A DNA stretch of 63,963 bases, filler included, from Barthelona sp. PAP020 (GCA_040182905.1; 4 parts of 4 records of this genome joined end to end with filler, not necessarily neighbours in it), one strand, 5' to 3'. Shown: positions 1-11,886, counted from the first letter of the whole stretch. Numbers and translations: made by a program. The notes: generated by a model from the sequence alone, not told the origin.

Positions 1-1014
1 ATCGAAAAATTGTTGGACCATGGTGCTGATGTCAATATATGTCCTGACAATAAGTTTAATCCATTATGTATTAGTTGCCAGTGTTGCCATTTTGATATCA
101 TTCATCTCTTATTAAGATATGGTGCTGATGTGAACGTATGTGATGCAAAAGGTATTTCTCCATTTTGTTGGTGTATTTCAAAACATTCAATCGATATGGC
201 AGCCTTTTTGTTGAAAAATTATGATATAGATCTCAATTTGGGAAAATCTCCCTTCTTTGTTTGTTGTCGAGAAAACAATCTTGATTTTGTCAAAACACTT
301 CTAGAAATGGGTGCAGATGTCAATTCATGCAACATTAATGGTGCTTCTTCATTGTATATTGCTTGCGAATTGGGGCATTTTGAAATTGTCAAATATCTTT
401 TGATTCATGGTGCTGATGTCAACTTGTGCTTCACAGGTTATTCTCCTTTGTACATCAGTGCCTATCATGGCCATCTTGATATCATCAAAATGTTGTTGGA
501 CCATGGTGCTGATGTTAATAAGCGTGGTTCTAAGAGGCATTCTCCATTTTCTATCAGTGCCTATCATGGCCATTTGGATATTGCTGTGATGCTTTTAAAT
601 CGACCAGAAATTAATGTTAATGGATTCGACATGTATATATTTTTCAACAGATATTATATGCCCTCTGATTTGTGGGATGCGCACAAAGAATCTGCTGAAA
701 AATTATACATTAACGTGGCAAATTTTGGAGAGCCATCAACCGAAGGAGATGTTGATGTGACATTTTATCACGTTTCTCAATCTCAAGTGATTGAATTAGT
801 CAAGAATCAAGGATATCTCATTTCAACACTTGTTTTAGTGAAGGCAAACAGTTCTTTAATACGACAATTTGTTAGTTCCGGCGTATATATGAATCAAATG
901 GACTTTGACTTAGCTATTAATACATGTTGGGATTTGGTCGACATCAATGAAAGGAATGGTGGTAATATGCATCAATACATTGATGAAAATGCTGATGAAA
1001 GTGATGATGATTAA
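1..1014 (+). CDS. Ankyrin-repeat protein with conserved unknown C-terminal module and acidic tail (5'-truncated)
   Basis: About 6 ANK repeats (SPLYISAYHGHLDIIKMLLDHGADVN). The frame is open from position 1. C-terminal IELVKNQGY...CWDLVDINERNGGNM is shared with the ORFs at 52292 and 55535. Confidence 0.9.
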   Translation: MEKLLDHGADVNICPDNKFNPLCISCQCCHFDIIHLLLRYGADVNVCDAKGISPFCWCISKHSIDMAAFLLKNYDIDLNLGKSPFFVCCRENNLDFVKTLLEMGADVNSCNINGASSLYIACELGHFEIVKYLLIHGADVNLCFTGYSPLYISAYHGHLDIIKMLLDHGADVNKRGSKRHSPFSISAYHGHLDIAVMLLNRPEINVNGFDMYIFFNRYYMPSDLWDAHKESAEKLYINVANFGEPSTEGDVDVTFYHVSQSQVIELVKNQGYLISTLVLVKANSSLIRQFVSSGVYMNQMDFDLAINTCWDLVDINERNGGNMHQYIDENADESDDD

Positions 1015-1393
1015 GTTTAACCGGTAAATTTTTGAGGAACACGTTTCTTTTTGGTTATTTATTATATTAAATTCTGAACAGTTTATATCCAATTCTTAGA
1101 TGTAGGGGTTGTGGCTGAGAAGTTGGCAGCTTGATCTTTCTTTCACACTGGCATATAAAAAAATATAATTCTGAAAAATGGACCAGTACTGCAACAAATA
1201 AACGATTATCAATCAAAAATTTTGAAAGTTTGGAGAAATTCTTCTTTCTAAACTGGCAAATATCCCTTCCACATTGATGGAGTTTTAGTGTAAACTATCG
1301 TCTTCTTTTCGTACGAGTTATAAAATACTTTTGAGTTGGACATGTTCAGATGTTCAGATATTGGAAATTTCGATGTTTCAACTCAAAAATCAG

Positions 1394-1795
1394 TAAAGAC
1401 CTTTATTATTATTGTTCTCGGTTAGAGTTTGGGGGTATTTGCAACCGAGTCGTTTTATGTGGATAGTTTAGAACATCTTAAAAACAAAAACAAAATACTT
1501 TATGCCTGGATGGGGCCAATATTTGAACAAAAATGTAACATACTTCTTCCTTCTTTCTAATAAATTTTTAGTTGTTCTTCTGTGGGTTTCCTTAATGAAA
1601 CCTTGTTATTCCTTCATAACCTATTGTATACACTTGTATTGTATCCTTCTAATTTTGAATTCGTATAATTCTGTGTTATTGCTCGAGTTTTTCAATTTTG
1701 ATACCCATCAATATCAGAAATTGCAACAAGAAACCTTAAAAATTTTTATACGGCTCTTTGCATGAAATCCGTCCGCTTTCCTACCAACATAAAGA
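1394..1795. repeat. Dispersed repeat family A copy (module 1 reversed at ~1394-1550, module 2 at ~1670-1795)
   Basis: ttgttctcggttagagtttgggggtatttgcaaccgagtcgtttt is the reverse complement of the 50750 and 58050 copies. ttttcaattttgatacccatcaatatcagaaattgcaa matches 39372 and 54994. Boundaries approximate. Confidence 0.85.
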
Positions 1796-2097
1796 AATTA
1801 TTCCATCTATTGATGATTCTATAAAAGAAACACTGTGGTCAACAACAGAAAATGATTTCCAAGACAAAGTAATTACAAAGTAACAAAGCTGAAAAGTAGT
1901 ACTTTCCAAAGACTAAACATTCTAAATCATGCTTTCGTTGGGAACTTTTTCTCATTCAACTAGAAAACTTTGTTGATAAGACAGATCAGTTAAACGTTTC
2001 TTTCAAAAAAGAAAAACCATAATTAACAAATCAAACAAATTTTATGTATGCCATAAAGAAAACCAACAAAAATAAAACAAAATGACTTCCTTTTTTA

Positions 2098-3906
2098 TTA
2101 CATGTCATTCGTGTTATCTTTCAATTGTTGAAACCAGGAGTACTTGGATAAAGGACTCATGTCAATCTTATTATTTTTGTTTTCTTCCAAATTCAAAGCT
2201 GCGGCAACTTTTTGTCTGAAAGAAGTGGTGTGCTCCATTGTTTCCTCTTCAAAACTGTCAAAGTCTTCCTTTTCAGTATTCCCTATTGTGAAATGAGCAT
2301 CAACATCAATTTGAAAAATGTCATTCATGGTTAATTGCGTGTCATTGTTGTTCCCATTTTGAGTTTTAAATTCTTTAGTCACAAAAGTATTGGCTGAAGG
2401 ATGTTTTGATACGTTTTTTCTACTTGCAACTGAATTATCATTCCTCACGTTAGCTTTCACATTTAAGTTACCATAGACATCTTCATTGATTGAGTTATGC
2501 TTGAATTTTGGTGAACTCTGTATTTTTCGTGAAACATTATTTATATTAGGGGTAAAAGAAAGCACAGCATACTCATCTTCTTGCTTTTGCATCCTCATAT
2601 TCTTTTTTTTTTGTTCTTGTTCTTTTGTCCAAACATTTTGCCGTTTATTAAAATCAGCCGAAGATCTCCCAAACCTATTTACAAGTATCTCTTGGGAATT
2701 TTTGTTTGTGTGACATTCATTGGCCTTTTTTTGTGCATTGGTCTCAATATCTTTTGATTTCTTCTCAATTTTTTTCTTTCGCTCCAAATCACGACGTTTC
2801 CCCAACTCATATAAATAATTAGAGCGTTCAATTGGTGTTTGAGGCATTCCCATTTGAATATCATATTGTCGACTATTTTGATCAATTCTAGGGGTTGTTT
2901 GACTGACTTGATTAAAATTAGCACTCATGTCAAAAAAATCGTTAATGGCCTTTTTTTTCAAATTCGGTGACTTCTTTTTAGACAATTCATACAACCTATC
3001 AGAAACACTTGTGTTGTTCAAATCTTTACCCAACAATTTTTCTGATTTGTACAATACTTTTGAACTTTCACTCAATTGCTTTGATCTTTCTTTTGCCAAC
3101 ATTTCTCTCTTTTTTTGTTTTTCAACTCTTCGTTTACCATCATTAAATAGTCTATCATAAGCCTCTTCTTTTTTGTATCCAATTTTTTTTTCGTTGACAG
3201 CAGTCACCCGATATGCAATATTTTCATCTGTAATATTTCTTTGAGATTTATTCAAGCCTCGCATGTACAATTCTTGGGAATGATTAATTGCCTTTTGTCT
3301 TCTCTCATTGTCAATTTCATCTTTGGTTTGTTGTTGATGAGATGCATCATTTGATTCCCATTTTGGTCGCTTGAACTTTTTCTCCGTTAATCTGTCAATA
3401 ACATCTTTGGAAATAGATCTTTCTGTCAATTTTCGAGAATGTTCATTTATTTGTGGTTGATGACATTTGCAAATTATTCTTTGTTCGTATTCCTCTTCCA
3501 TTCTTTTCTTTTCAGCCAAAGCTAATTGTCTTTGATTTTTCCAATATGTTACATCCATAATGGAATGTTTCTGAATATCTTTTGACATTGGATTTATTGT
3601 TGGCTGAAAAGGGTATGATTCTTGATTCGCTTCAACATCTCTTTTTAATTTCTCTAAATTTTGTTTTTTTGATTGAATAAATTGGTCTTGTCGCTTAAGA
3701 AAATTTTCATATGTTGGATTTGGACTTTCAGAAACAAATAATTCAGTATTGTTTGTATTTAATCTGTTAAATATTGTACTATCAAGCTTTTCAAAAGCTT
3801 CGTTTTCTGATAAAATGGAAGAAACTTCAGATGCACAATCAACACTAATTGATTCATCTTTCATGTTTTCAAACTTGCTATAATCATGTTTCTCAAATTC
3901 ATTCAT
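2098..3906 (-). CDS. Charged coiled-coil protein with repeated FxPxIN motifs (hypothetical, possibly cytoskeletal)
   Basis: 602-aa ORF with PFQPTIN, HQPQIN and SFTPNIN motifs plus DRLY/DRLF motifs; K/E/R-rich helices. Confidence 0.7.
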   Translation of the reverse strand: MNEFEKHDYSKFENMKDESISVDCASEVSSILSENEAFEKLDSTIFNRLNTNNTELFVSESPNPTYENFLKRQDQFIQSKKQNLEKLKRDVEANQESYPFQPTINPMSKDIQKHSIMDVTYWKNQRQLALAEKKRMEEEYEQRIICKCHQPQINEHSRKLTERSISKDVIDRLTEKKFKRPKWESNDASHQQQTKDEIDNERRQKAINHSQELYMRGLNKSQRNITDENIAYRVTAVNEKKIGYKKEEAYDRLFNDGKRRVEKQKKREMLAKERSKQLSESSKVLYKSEKLLGKDLNNTSVSDRLYELSKKKSPNLKKKAINDFFDMSANFNQVSQTTPRIDQNSRQYDIQMGMPQTPIERSNYLYELGKRRDLERKKKIEKKSKDIETNAQKKANECHTNKNSQEILVNRFGRSSADFNKRQNVWTKEQEQKKKNMRMQKQEDEYAVLSFTPNINNVSRKIQSSPKFKHNSINEDVYGNLNVKANVRNDNSVASRKNVSKHPSANTFVTKEFKTQNGNNNDTQLTMNDIFQIDVDAHFTIGNTEKEDFDSFEEETMEHTTSFRQKVAAALNLEENKNNKIDMSPLSKYSWFQQLKDNTNDM

Positions 3907-4227
3907 TAATTAACTCATTCAAAATTATTAGAACATAGTAAATGGGCAAAAAAGACTTTGATTTTCTTTCAAACTTTGTTGTTGCTTTTTACCCCTTAAA
4001 ATCATTTTTTTTACTGTCTATTTTTTATTCTTATGTTGCTTGTGTTATGAAAAATTGAAATAGAATAAATTCACAGCTGAAAATTTTTATTGTATGTTTC
4101 AGTTTACTTTGTTTGAATCATTCATTTCTAAGAAAATAAAATAATGACTCAAGTGAATTGTTTTAAATGATTTAAATGGGGAATCTTTAATTTTCAATTT
4201 ACAGATTTTTTTTGATTCTGCAATGCG

Positions 4228-7200
4228 ATGATAAAAGCATTTGCGATCAGTGGATTATTATCTTCTTTGAATACACATGCGTTTCATTATGGATCGAATA
4301 ATTTGATTGCTTATGGGGCACATTCTTTGTTGGCTGTTTTTGATCCAGTTACAGGATCATATTTAAAGGTATTTGATTATCATACAACGACTATTACTTT
4401 AGTTAGATGGGCACCACATGCACTAACAGAAAGATTAGAAGGTGAAAATTGTCCTTTTGTTTCAACGGCAAAGTCAAATTTTCCGCTATTAGCTTCATTG
4501 GATATACAAGGGAATTTATTTGTTTTTGACATTTGTACTGGAAATGTCACTTATAATTATTCAATGAGTACGAAGGAAAGACAACAAGTGGCTTTAGATA
4601 TATCCAATAAGATTGGTCAAAAAAGTAGTGAATATTTCGAACAAAAAAATTATTCTTTCATTTCTGCATTTGATTGGGTAACTTTTGGTGGTTCTACTTT
4701 TAGCAATTCATACATATTGACTATATGTGAATTCCCGGCCAAAATAATGCTTCATGATGTTGTTAACCATCAAATTTTATGGAATTGTTCGTTAGAAAAT
4801 GTACCCCAATGTTTGGTGACAGCTCCTTTACAACTTCAACCTTCATACCCCTTCTTTATCATAAGTAGAAATGGAGTTGTTAGTTCGTTGAGATTTAATG
4901 ATTTTGAACCACTTGTGGAAAAGAGTTTCACCCTTTCAAGTAAGGTGATACACCCGAAAGATCAATCTGAACTTGGAAAAGCAAAAGAGGCTCTATTAGG
5001 ACCCCAAGTCGATATTGTTGATGCTTGTTATTTAGATGCTTGTCCTTCTTTCATACTTTTTTTGGAGTCTCGTTGTTTATTTTTGGCTGATCCGTTGACT
5101 AAAACTAAATTTTGGGAAACTTCTTGTAGACTTGCTCCTTTTCAAAGGCTCATGATTCCCATGGGTGGAGGGTTACTTTTCGATTCTTTGCTACCAATTT
5201 CTCATGTTGATGGTATGGTTAGTTTTTGGCAATTTTCTTCTTTAAGTGAAGCACCAGTGTTATTGACGTCTTTTGATTCAAAACGTGCAAATGAAACAGG
5301 ACAATTTGGTGGGTGGAAACACAATCAAATGGTGTGCTTTGGTATATCCCCTTGGTGTGGTTTAAATTTGTCACCCCGTCTTGCAAATTGCTTTGCTCCA
5401 CGTATGGTTTCTATTTCGTTAAAAGGTCATGTTTCTGCTTGGAAAATTGATTCTGACATTTTACAATCAGATTTGCGTAATTGTCGTGGTCTTACACATT
5501 CTAGATGGTTGTATTCAACAGTTCAATTGGCAACAGTAATAGCTGTTCAACCTCTTCAATTTGGTAGTGATGATGGAACCCTTGCTGTCATTGGGAATCA
5601 ATCTGGTTTAGTTTTCATGATGAATCTACAAACCCGCCATTTGTTCAGAGCTTTTAAAGTGCATAATGGATCACCTGTTCGAGCTTTGGAATGGATTTCG
5701 CAAGATATAATCTTGAGTTTTTCATTTGTGGAAAATAATGATGGAAAGGTATTCAATGAGCTCATTCTATTAAATGTTCTGACTGGACAACAAGTGAATT
5801 TGCGAAAACGTGTTCGTAATTCACGTTTTTCAACTCTATCCGGTAATCCAAATCTTGGAGATGATTACAAATGTTCCATGATAGCTGTTTCGCCTGATCG
5901 TCGACTTTTAGCCGTTGTTGATTTTGCTCGTATTATTGAGATATGGGATATTGATGCTGTAGCAAATAACCCTGCATTTGATGGAGTAATCACCGTTGTG
6001 AAAGTTATTGTTCATCAACAAGATGTTACATCTGCATGTTGGGTTACTGGAGGAAATGTTGGGGGAATGGAAAACATTCTTTGCTTTTCAACTGTTGAAT
6101 CTACGATATGTAGGTACCGTTTTTTGTTGCAAGATGAATGGAATGTCGAAAGATTGGCCATTCAACCAATTACTCATGGTGTTTTCTTGATAAACTCGAT
6201 CGCTCAGATTACCGATTGTCTTTTAACTTTAGATATTGGTTTACGTGTTATAATCACCGATTTACACACCAATTCTACCCATAAACTTCAAATCAAAATA
6301 AATGAAGGTTCGACACGACCTGTTGGACGAATTATTCCCTCTCTCCTTGACCCCACTGTTTTTGCCATTTTAACATCTGATGGTACGGTGAGAGTAATTA
6401 GAATTTTACCTAAAGTTGAGCTCATACTTAACACCCCACCACATTGGCGTGCTGTATCGATAGATTGGGTAACTGGACGAGAGTTAGCTATTGTTTCAAA
6501 AGAAGGGTCTATTCGGGTTGTTTCTTTTGATGATGCTATTTTTACCGAACTAAAGAGTTCCAAACCTTTAGTTGTACCTCTAATGAAACGTAAAAGTATT
6601 TATTCTTTGCACATGTTAATAAAATGTGGTTTTGGTATTTTGAAAGAACCTCTCTCTACACAACCTAATAAGCTCAAATTCAGAGAAAGAAGTGTTTCTA
6701 ATTATTCTTCAAATCTATTTCCTTGGAAGTTTATGACATTGGCTGATGTTATTGGTGAGAATATTGTTTCTAATGATTGTTATGAAGATTTTAGGCATAT
6801 TTCAGCAGATCTATTGAGAAATACTCATGATATGAATCGATTTGAAAGAGAACTTTATTTTTTGATGTTAGTTGGTGATCTACCAAGAGTTTTATTGTTG
6901 TTATGTTTTGAACAAAGTATTTTATTATATTTGGATCAACAAACTTTAACAAAACAAAGGATAGATATAAAAAATGAATTATTTAAGGGTTCTGAAAGTT
7001 TGGAAAGTTTGGAAAGTTTTGAAGGTTTCAATGAAAATTTGTTAAATAGATTTTTAACACCTTTGAATAGACCACATATATCTGAAATATATGAAAAGAT
7101 TCCATTATTTGTTAAATATTTGATTGATCCGATATCATTGTTACATATTGAAGATGATGTAGCTAAATATCATTTGAATAGTGTGTTTGAATCAGCAGAT

Positions 7201-8253
7201 AATAAGGTTAGCACTGAAATTGTGGACTTAACCTTGACAAAATTGATATTGTCTGGGAATATTAAAAAGAGTCTTGATTTACTATGTTTGACTCCAATAA
7301 CAGCGAATAATTTTTTGTCCAATTGTTTCTTAGCAATTTTGATATGTAGTACTAGGATTTCTGATGAAGAGATTAAAAAAGAAAAAATTTTAAATGTTTG
7401 CAAACGAATGTTTTATGCAGCAAATGAAATGAATAAAAACTTGGAATCCCCTTCAAATAAATATCTTTTTGAAATAATTCAGATCCTAATTCTAACAGAT
7501 AATATGGATTTTGCCATACATTTCTTGATCAATGATAAAAATTGGAAATTAGCAAGTCAAATTGCTTTATTTGCTGATAAATATTACGAAAATCAAATTG
7601 TTGAATCTTTAAAAAAGTTAATCATTTCAAACGATACTTCTTCTACCACTGATTCTACTAATTCTATCAACGATATTAAAAATGAACATGAAATAATATC
7701 AACAACCACAACATCATCCTTATTTTCACCAAGTGATCAAGTTTTGTATGAAACAGTTGAAAGAAATAATTTTGAAATACTTACAGATTGCTTTGATATA
7801 GAGGAAAACGAATTTTTGTTGAAAGTTAAGGTCAATCAAGCAAAACATCTCTTAGATGCGGGAAACATATTTGGATCAATAGTTACACTTCTTGCAGCAA
7901 GAAAATTTGAAGCTATTGTTGTCTTACTAAAACAATATGGTCAAAGCTTGCTGGCCGAAACATTTTTGAGACGTTTAGTCCTTTTGGACATGGTTGATGA
8001 CGATACCATTTTCTGTTTACCTTGGAAATTGGATGATTCATTAACTTTTGAACAAATAAAGGAAGAATTACTCACAACTACAGCAGCTATTATACATCAT
8101 TCTGGAATAAGTGTGCTCTCCAAAATTTATTTAGAAGAAGTTGGTTTCACTGAAGATGATATCCCTCCTTCGATTATGGATCAGTTTAGTAAAGTGACTT
8201 TAGCAGAAGAATTAAAAAGAGCCATGTCTCCATCACCACTAAATCATGAATAA
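4228..8253 (+). CDS. WDR11: WDR11-like WD40 repeat protein
   Basis: 1341 aa. N-terminal LIAYGAHSLLAVFDP...ITLVRWAP...LLASLD resembles the WDR11 start; two propeller regions followed by a helical C-terminus. Confidence 0.7.
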   Translation: MIKAFAISGLLSSLNTHAFHYGSNNLIAYGAHSLLAVFDPVTGSYLKVFDYHTTTITLVRWAPHALTERLEGENCPFVSTAKSNFPLLASLDIQGNLFVFDICTGNVTYNYSMSTKERQQVALDISNKIGQKSSEYFEQKNYSFISAFDWVTFGGSTFSNSYILTICEFPAKIMLHDVVNHQILWNCSLENVPQCLVTAPLQLQPSYPFFIISRNGVVSSLRFNDFEPLVEKSFTLSSKVIHPKDQSELGKAKEALLGPQVDIVDACYLDACPSFILFLESRCLFLADPLTKTKFWETSCRLAPFQRLMIPMGGGLLFDSLLPISHVDGMVSFWQFSSLSEAPVLLTSFDSKRANETGQFGGWKHNQMVCFGISPWCGLNLSPRLANCFAPRMVSISLKGHVSAWKIDSDILQSDLRNCRGLTHSRWLYSTVQLATVIAVQPLQFGSDDGTLAVIGNQSGLVFMMNLQTRHLFRAFKVHNGSPVRALEWISQDIILSFSFVENNDGKVFNELILLNVLTGQQVNLRKRVRNSRFSTLSGNPNLGDDYKCSMIAVSPDRRLLAVVDFARIIEIWDIDAVANNPAFDGVITVVKVIVHQQDVTSACWVTGGNVGGMENILCFSTVESTICRYRFLLQDEWNVERLAIQPITHGVFLINSIAQITDCLLTLDIGLRVIITDLHTNSTHKLQIKINEGSTRPVGRIIPSLLDPTVFAILTSDGTVRVIRILPKVELILNTPPHWRAVSIDWVTGRELAIVSKEGSIRVVSFDDAIFTELKSSKPLVVPLMKRKSIYSLHMLIKCGFGILKEPLSTQPNKLKFRERSVSNYSSNLFPWKFMTLADVIGENIVSNDCYEDFRHISADLLRNTHDMNRFERELYFLMLVGDLPRVLLLLCFEQSILLYLDQQTLTKQRIDIKNELFKGSESLESLESFEGFNENLLNRFLTPLNRPHISEIYEKIPLFVKYLIDPISLLHIEDDVAKYHLNSVFESADNKVSTEIVDLTLTKLILSGNIKKSLDLLCLTPITANNFLSNCFLAILICSTRISDEEIKKEKILNVCKRMFYAANEMNKNLESPSNKYLFEIIQILILTDNMDFAIHFLINDKNWKLASQIALFADKYYENQIVESLKKLIISNDTSSTTDSTNSINDIKNEHEIISTTTTSSLFSPSDQVLYETVERNNFEILTDCFDIEENEFLLKVKVNQAKHLLDAGNIFGSIVTLLAARKFEAIVVLLKQYGQSLLAETFLRRLVLLDMVDDDTIFCLPWKLDDSLTFEQIKEELLTTTAAIIHHSGISVLSKIYLEEVGFTEDDIPPSIMDQFSKVTLAEELKRAMSPSPLNHE

Positions 8254-8694
8254 ATTGTGTATATTGTTTTTTCTCAAGGCTTTGTTGTCATGAATCTCTC
8301 ATTTTTAGAGTATTAAACAGAAAAATTGGTAAGGATTGGGGTTAACTTACCTTTTGTTTGTATTTTAACAAAGTAAAAATGGAAACTCAATATAAATTTT
8401 TTTTATGGGATCAAAAACTAATAAATAACGTGATGATAATGTAATAACCCTTTTACATTAAATAAGAAAAACAAATAGGGGAAAGAATTAGAATTCAACA
8501 AAGAAGTTTGCATTTTTCTTTCAACATATTCAGTTCATTTTCCCCAAAGTTTTTGTTAGATTTATACAATAAAATAGACACACAACATAAGAAAAAGGAA
8601 GGATTATTTAATGAGAAAAAAAGAAAGGCGACAGTTGATTCCAATTTTTTTTTAATTGATTTTTTGATTTCAATTTGATGAAAAATAAGGAAAT

Positions 8695-11600
8695 ATGAGT
8701 TTACAACAAAACAAACCGGAATTATATCATGTATTAGAATCATCTTCAAATTATCAAGACAATACAGACGAAATTGTTGCCACAAAATCTGAGCGTTTTG
8801 TTCTAGAACATGGAAAAGAATTAAGACAAAGATTTGATCATTCTGATTCAAACGCTGTTGACCAAATTTCAAAAGAAATAAGAGAATACAAACAATTAAT
8901 GAATCAATTTCAATGTAGAGATTACCCTCAATTAGGTCATGATACCCCATTTAATATTGAAGGAGGTGTAAATTTTTTTCAATTTTTATGTAGAGGTACA
9001 CCTCCTGCTCCTAATGGTTCTTGGAGGGAAATAACATCTGGGGGTCAAAAGCTAAGATTATTAATCCCTGATACCATAGTTTATGGGATGCGAGACGCTG
9101 AAAATGGTTCGTATGGTGTTTGGTTGGCATCTTCTGGGTCTGGAGTTGTTTATCGAAGAGATATTTTTTCTCCACAAGACGTAGTTGCTGCATTGGGTGA
9201 TCCAAAGACTCCAGATAGCAAAGTTGTTGCTGTGTTAAAGAGAAAGAGATTTGATCCTCCACATTCAACAGAAACAACTTTATTAGACACAAGGGAATTG
9301 AGATCTACCACTGTTGTTTCATCTACAGCATCTTCTGATGATGTACAAGTTGTTCAACGATTCATAAAGCCTAGATCTCATCGTGCTTTCATTTGTCGAT
9401 GCACATGGAGTCCAGATAAACCTGCTTTTGCTCATATGGCCACGAATCATCGTGCCATGAATGATGAGTCAGAGAGAAACATTTCCAACAGGTTTTTGCT
9501 AAATACGGAGAATCACAGCGGATGTACCATATTCAAAATGTCTTCTTCTGCTGTTGGTGAATTAGCAAGTATCACACGACAAATAGCTAAACATGTTGAA
9601 AGAGTCACACCTGGTGTACGTTTTGAAACATTGGTAACTGATTTCACAAGAGATGATCAAAACAGATGGTGGTTATTGCAAATAAAGACATTTAAATTAA
9701 AAGCAAAGATCCCCAAACCGACTAGCTTTCGTCAAAAAAGAGACACTTCAACATATCACAAAATGTCAGCATGTGGAGCCTGTAAGGCAGCATTTAAGGC
9801 TACTGAATTAACTCATTTGTTGAATTTAGGACAAATAAAGAAAATGGTCCATCATTTGCATCAAAGGGGGATCAAATTGGCGTGGATGGAACGAACTGAT
9901 CTTCATTTACCGACCAACCCTCGACTTTCAAAAGCTGCAAGCGGTGTTCAAGTTTATCGACGCAGTTATGTGTGTAAACCTTGTTATGAGTTATACATGA
10001 ATGAAATGAAATTGATTGAAACTGAAAAGACGTATTTGAGAGCGATTGGGACAAAGATTGAAGATACTGATGATGGATTTGTCTTTCCTGGTGCACCTTT
10101 GGGGGTGAGAAGTGCTTCTTCAATAGCAGAAGATTTAATCTTACATCCGTTGAATTTTGAGTTAACAAAGAACGAAATAATGACCAAACCAATTCCCAAA
10201 GATGCTTCCAGACTGTTTAAAATGTATAAATTTTTTTTTGTGTTTCATGGGGTTATTGGCTTTGAACCTTTCTTCGACAAGTATCCAATTACAAATAGAT
10301 ATGCCTTACAAACAAATATATTCGGTCAAAGTATTATTTTACCACTTTTAGTGCCTCAAGCGGATTTGTACACACGAAATACCTTTTCTTTTATCAACAA
10401 GACATTTTTAAAATATATTCTATCATCAGAGGAAGCTTTGTATGTGTTTTTTGCTTCCAAAACGATTGTATTTCATTTATTGGGACCTGATTGTGAGATT
10501 TTGGGCAAATTTTATTTAGATTTGGGAAAGGCAATTGGTACACCTTTGTCTAAACATGAACTCACATGTATGATTGTTAGTGATATATTACCACGTTGCA
10601 GATTTAGAGTTTCGTTTGGGTTTGATGAAGTTAAGGCGTGTGACCTTCGTTTGGTTGAAGTACTGAAATCAGATTTTAAAGGAATATACATTCCAGCACC
10701 ATCTTTTTATGCTCCTGAACCAATAAGCACAGAATGGTTGAACATGATTGAATCCAAGGACGAGGATGAATTACTTTTGGCGGAAGATTGGTTACCGCCA
10801 TCCAAAACATTGAATGTTGATGAGATTTTGAATACGAAAGTCAGCTTCTTTACCATATCTATCTATGTTTCAGAATTAATCTTAAATGAAGGATTTTCTT
10901 TTGAATCGACTGATAAGTTGAGATTTGAGGTGGATTATGTGAACTTTATAAAGTACTCCGATAACATTGATTATAGGATAACAACAGAAGGAGATATTTG
11001 CAGTTGCGAGTTCAAATTGTTCTTTAATTTGAGTTTTGAGGCCACTCAAGTTAATTTTTTCAATTTTTTAGCAAAATCATCAATCGTTTCTATGGATATT
11101 TTTAAGAATGATATATTATTCGGTAATGTACATATTCCTCTTGAAACTTTAATTCAAGACAGACGTACAGTTGAGAATATGTACATTTTTGAAGATGATA
11201 TGTATAAAGGAAAACTTAAAGTCTCTTTATTGAGAAAAGAAGGGTTGGCTTCAACAGTTTCTCCTCATGAATTATACGAGACAAGTGATGAAGACGATGG
11301 TGTTAAGCTTGCTTGGTCTTATTTCAGCAAAACAATGGATTTGAGACCTACCAGTAGTTTGAGACCAGCCCGTATGGAATCCCCTATTCTAGAATTGAAA
11401 AGAAATGTTGAAGCTGAAGAAAGAGCAAAGGAAGAAAAAAAGAGATCTACCCAGGCCATTAGAACACCTCATAATTTACCACTGGGACAAAAGAAGGAAG
11501 TTTCAATTTCACAAGAAGACATTGAAGTCAAATCAGATTTTGAACAAGAAGATAATGAGAAAAGCTTCTATGAACGTGTTATTGATGCTGTTGATGATTT

Positions 11601-11886
11601 GATTGAGAGTGACTCCGAGGTAAATTCTGAGACAAAAAGTGAAGTCAATGTGGATCGTCAAGCAGGCAAAAATCCTCTTTCAGTAAGTCCAAATAACAGC
11701 GAAGATGAAAATAAAGTTAATCAATCAAACAAAGATAGCATGGAGGACTTTGATGACTTTGATGATTTTGATGGTGAGTCTCCTGTGGTTGAAACTTCTA
11801 AACAACCTAAAGTGTCTCCTTTGCCATTAAATGATGATATAAATACAAAGGATGAATTTGCCGATAATTTTATGTTATCTCCCTAG
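8695..11886 (+). CDS. Hypothetical protein: ATP-grasp-like region, CxxC...CxxC pair, possible C2-like domains, acidic tail
   Basis: 1063-aa ORF with VVQRFIK and DFTRDDQNRWWLLQI (ATP-grasp-like pattern), plus CGAC and CKPC. Product uncertain. Confidence 0.55.
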   Translation: MSLQQNKPELYHVLESSSNYQDNTDEIVATKSERFVLEHGKELRQRFDHSDSNAVDQISKEIREYKQLMNQFQCRDYPQLGHDTPFNIEGGVNFFQFLCRGTPPAPNGSWREITSGGQKLRLLIPDTIVYGMRDAENGSYGVWLASSGSGVVYRRDIFSPQDVVAALGDPKTPDSKVVAVLKRKRFDPPHSTETTLLDTRELRSTTVVSSTASSDDVQVVQRFIKPRSHRAFICRCTWSPDKPAFAHMATNHRAMNDESERNISNRFLLNTENHSGCTIFKMSSSAVGELASITRQIAKHVERVTPGVRFETLVTDFTRDDQNRWWLLQIKTFKLKAKIPKPTSFRQKRDTSTYHKMSACGACKAAFKATELTHLLNLGQIKKMVHHLHQRGIKLAWMERTDLHLPTNPRLSKAASGVQVYRRSYVCKPCYELYMNEMKLIETEKTYLRAIGTKIEDTDDGFVFPGAPLGVRSASSIAEDLILHPLNFELTKNEIMTKPIPKDASRLFKMYKFFFVFHGVIGFEPFFDKYPITNRYALQTNIFGQSIILPLLVPQADLYTRNTFSFINKTFLKYILSSEEALYVFFASKTIVFHLLGPDCEILGKFYLDLGKAIGTPLSKHELTCMIVSDILPRCRFRVSFGFDEVKACDLRLVEVLKSDFKGIYIPAPSFYAPEPISTEWLNMIESKDEDELLLAEDWLPPSKTLNVDEILNTKVSFFTISIYVSELILNEGFSFESTDKLRFEVDYVNFIKYSDNIDYRITTEGDICSCEFKLFFNLSFEATQVNFFNFLAKSSIVSMDIFKNDILFGNVHIPLETLIQDRRTVENMYIFEDDMYKGKLKVSLLRKEGLASTVSPHELYETSDEDDGVKLAWSYFSKTMDLRPTSSLRPARMESPILELKRNVEAEERAKEEKKRSTQAIRTPHNLPLGQKKEVSISQEDIEVKSDFEQEDNEKSFYERVIDAVDDLIESDSEVNSETKSEVNVDRQAGKNPLSVSPNNSEDENKVNQSNKDSMEDFDDFDDFDGESPVVETSKQPKVSPLPLNDDINTKDEFADNFMLSP

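Noticed and set aside
1502..1765. Short ORFs in intergenic repeat regions (also 39174, 39463, 57267, 57960)
   Set aside because: They overlap non-coding repeat copies or AT-rich spacer, and the reading frames are not conserved between copies.
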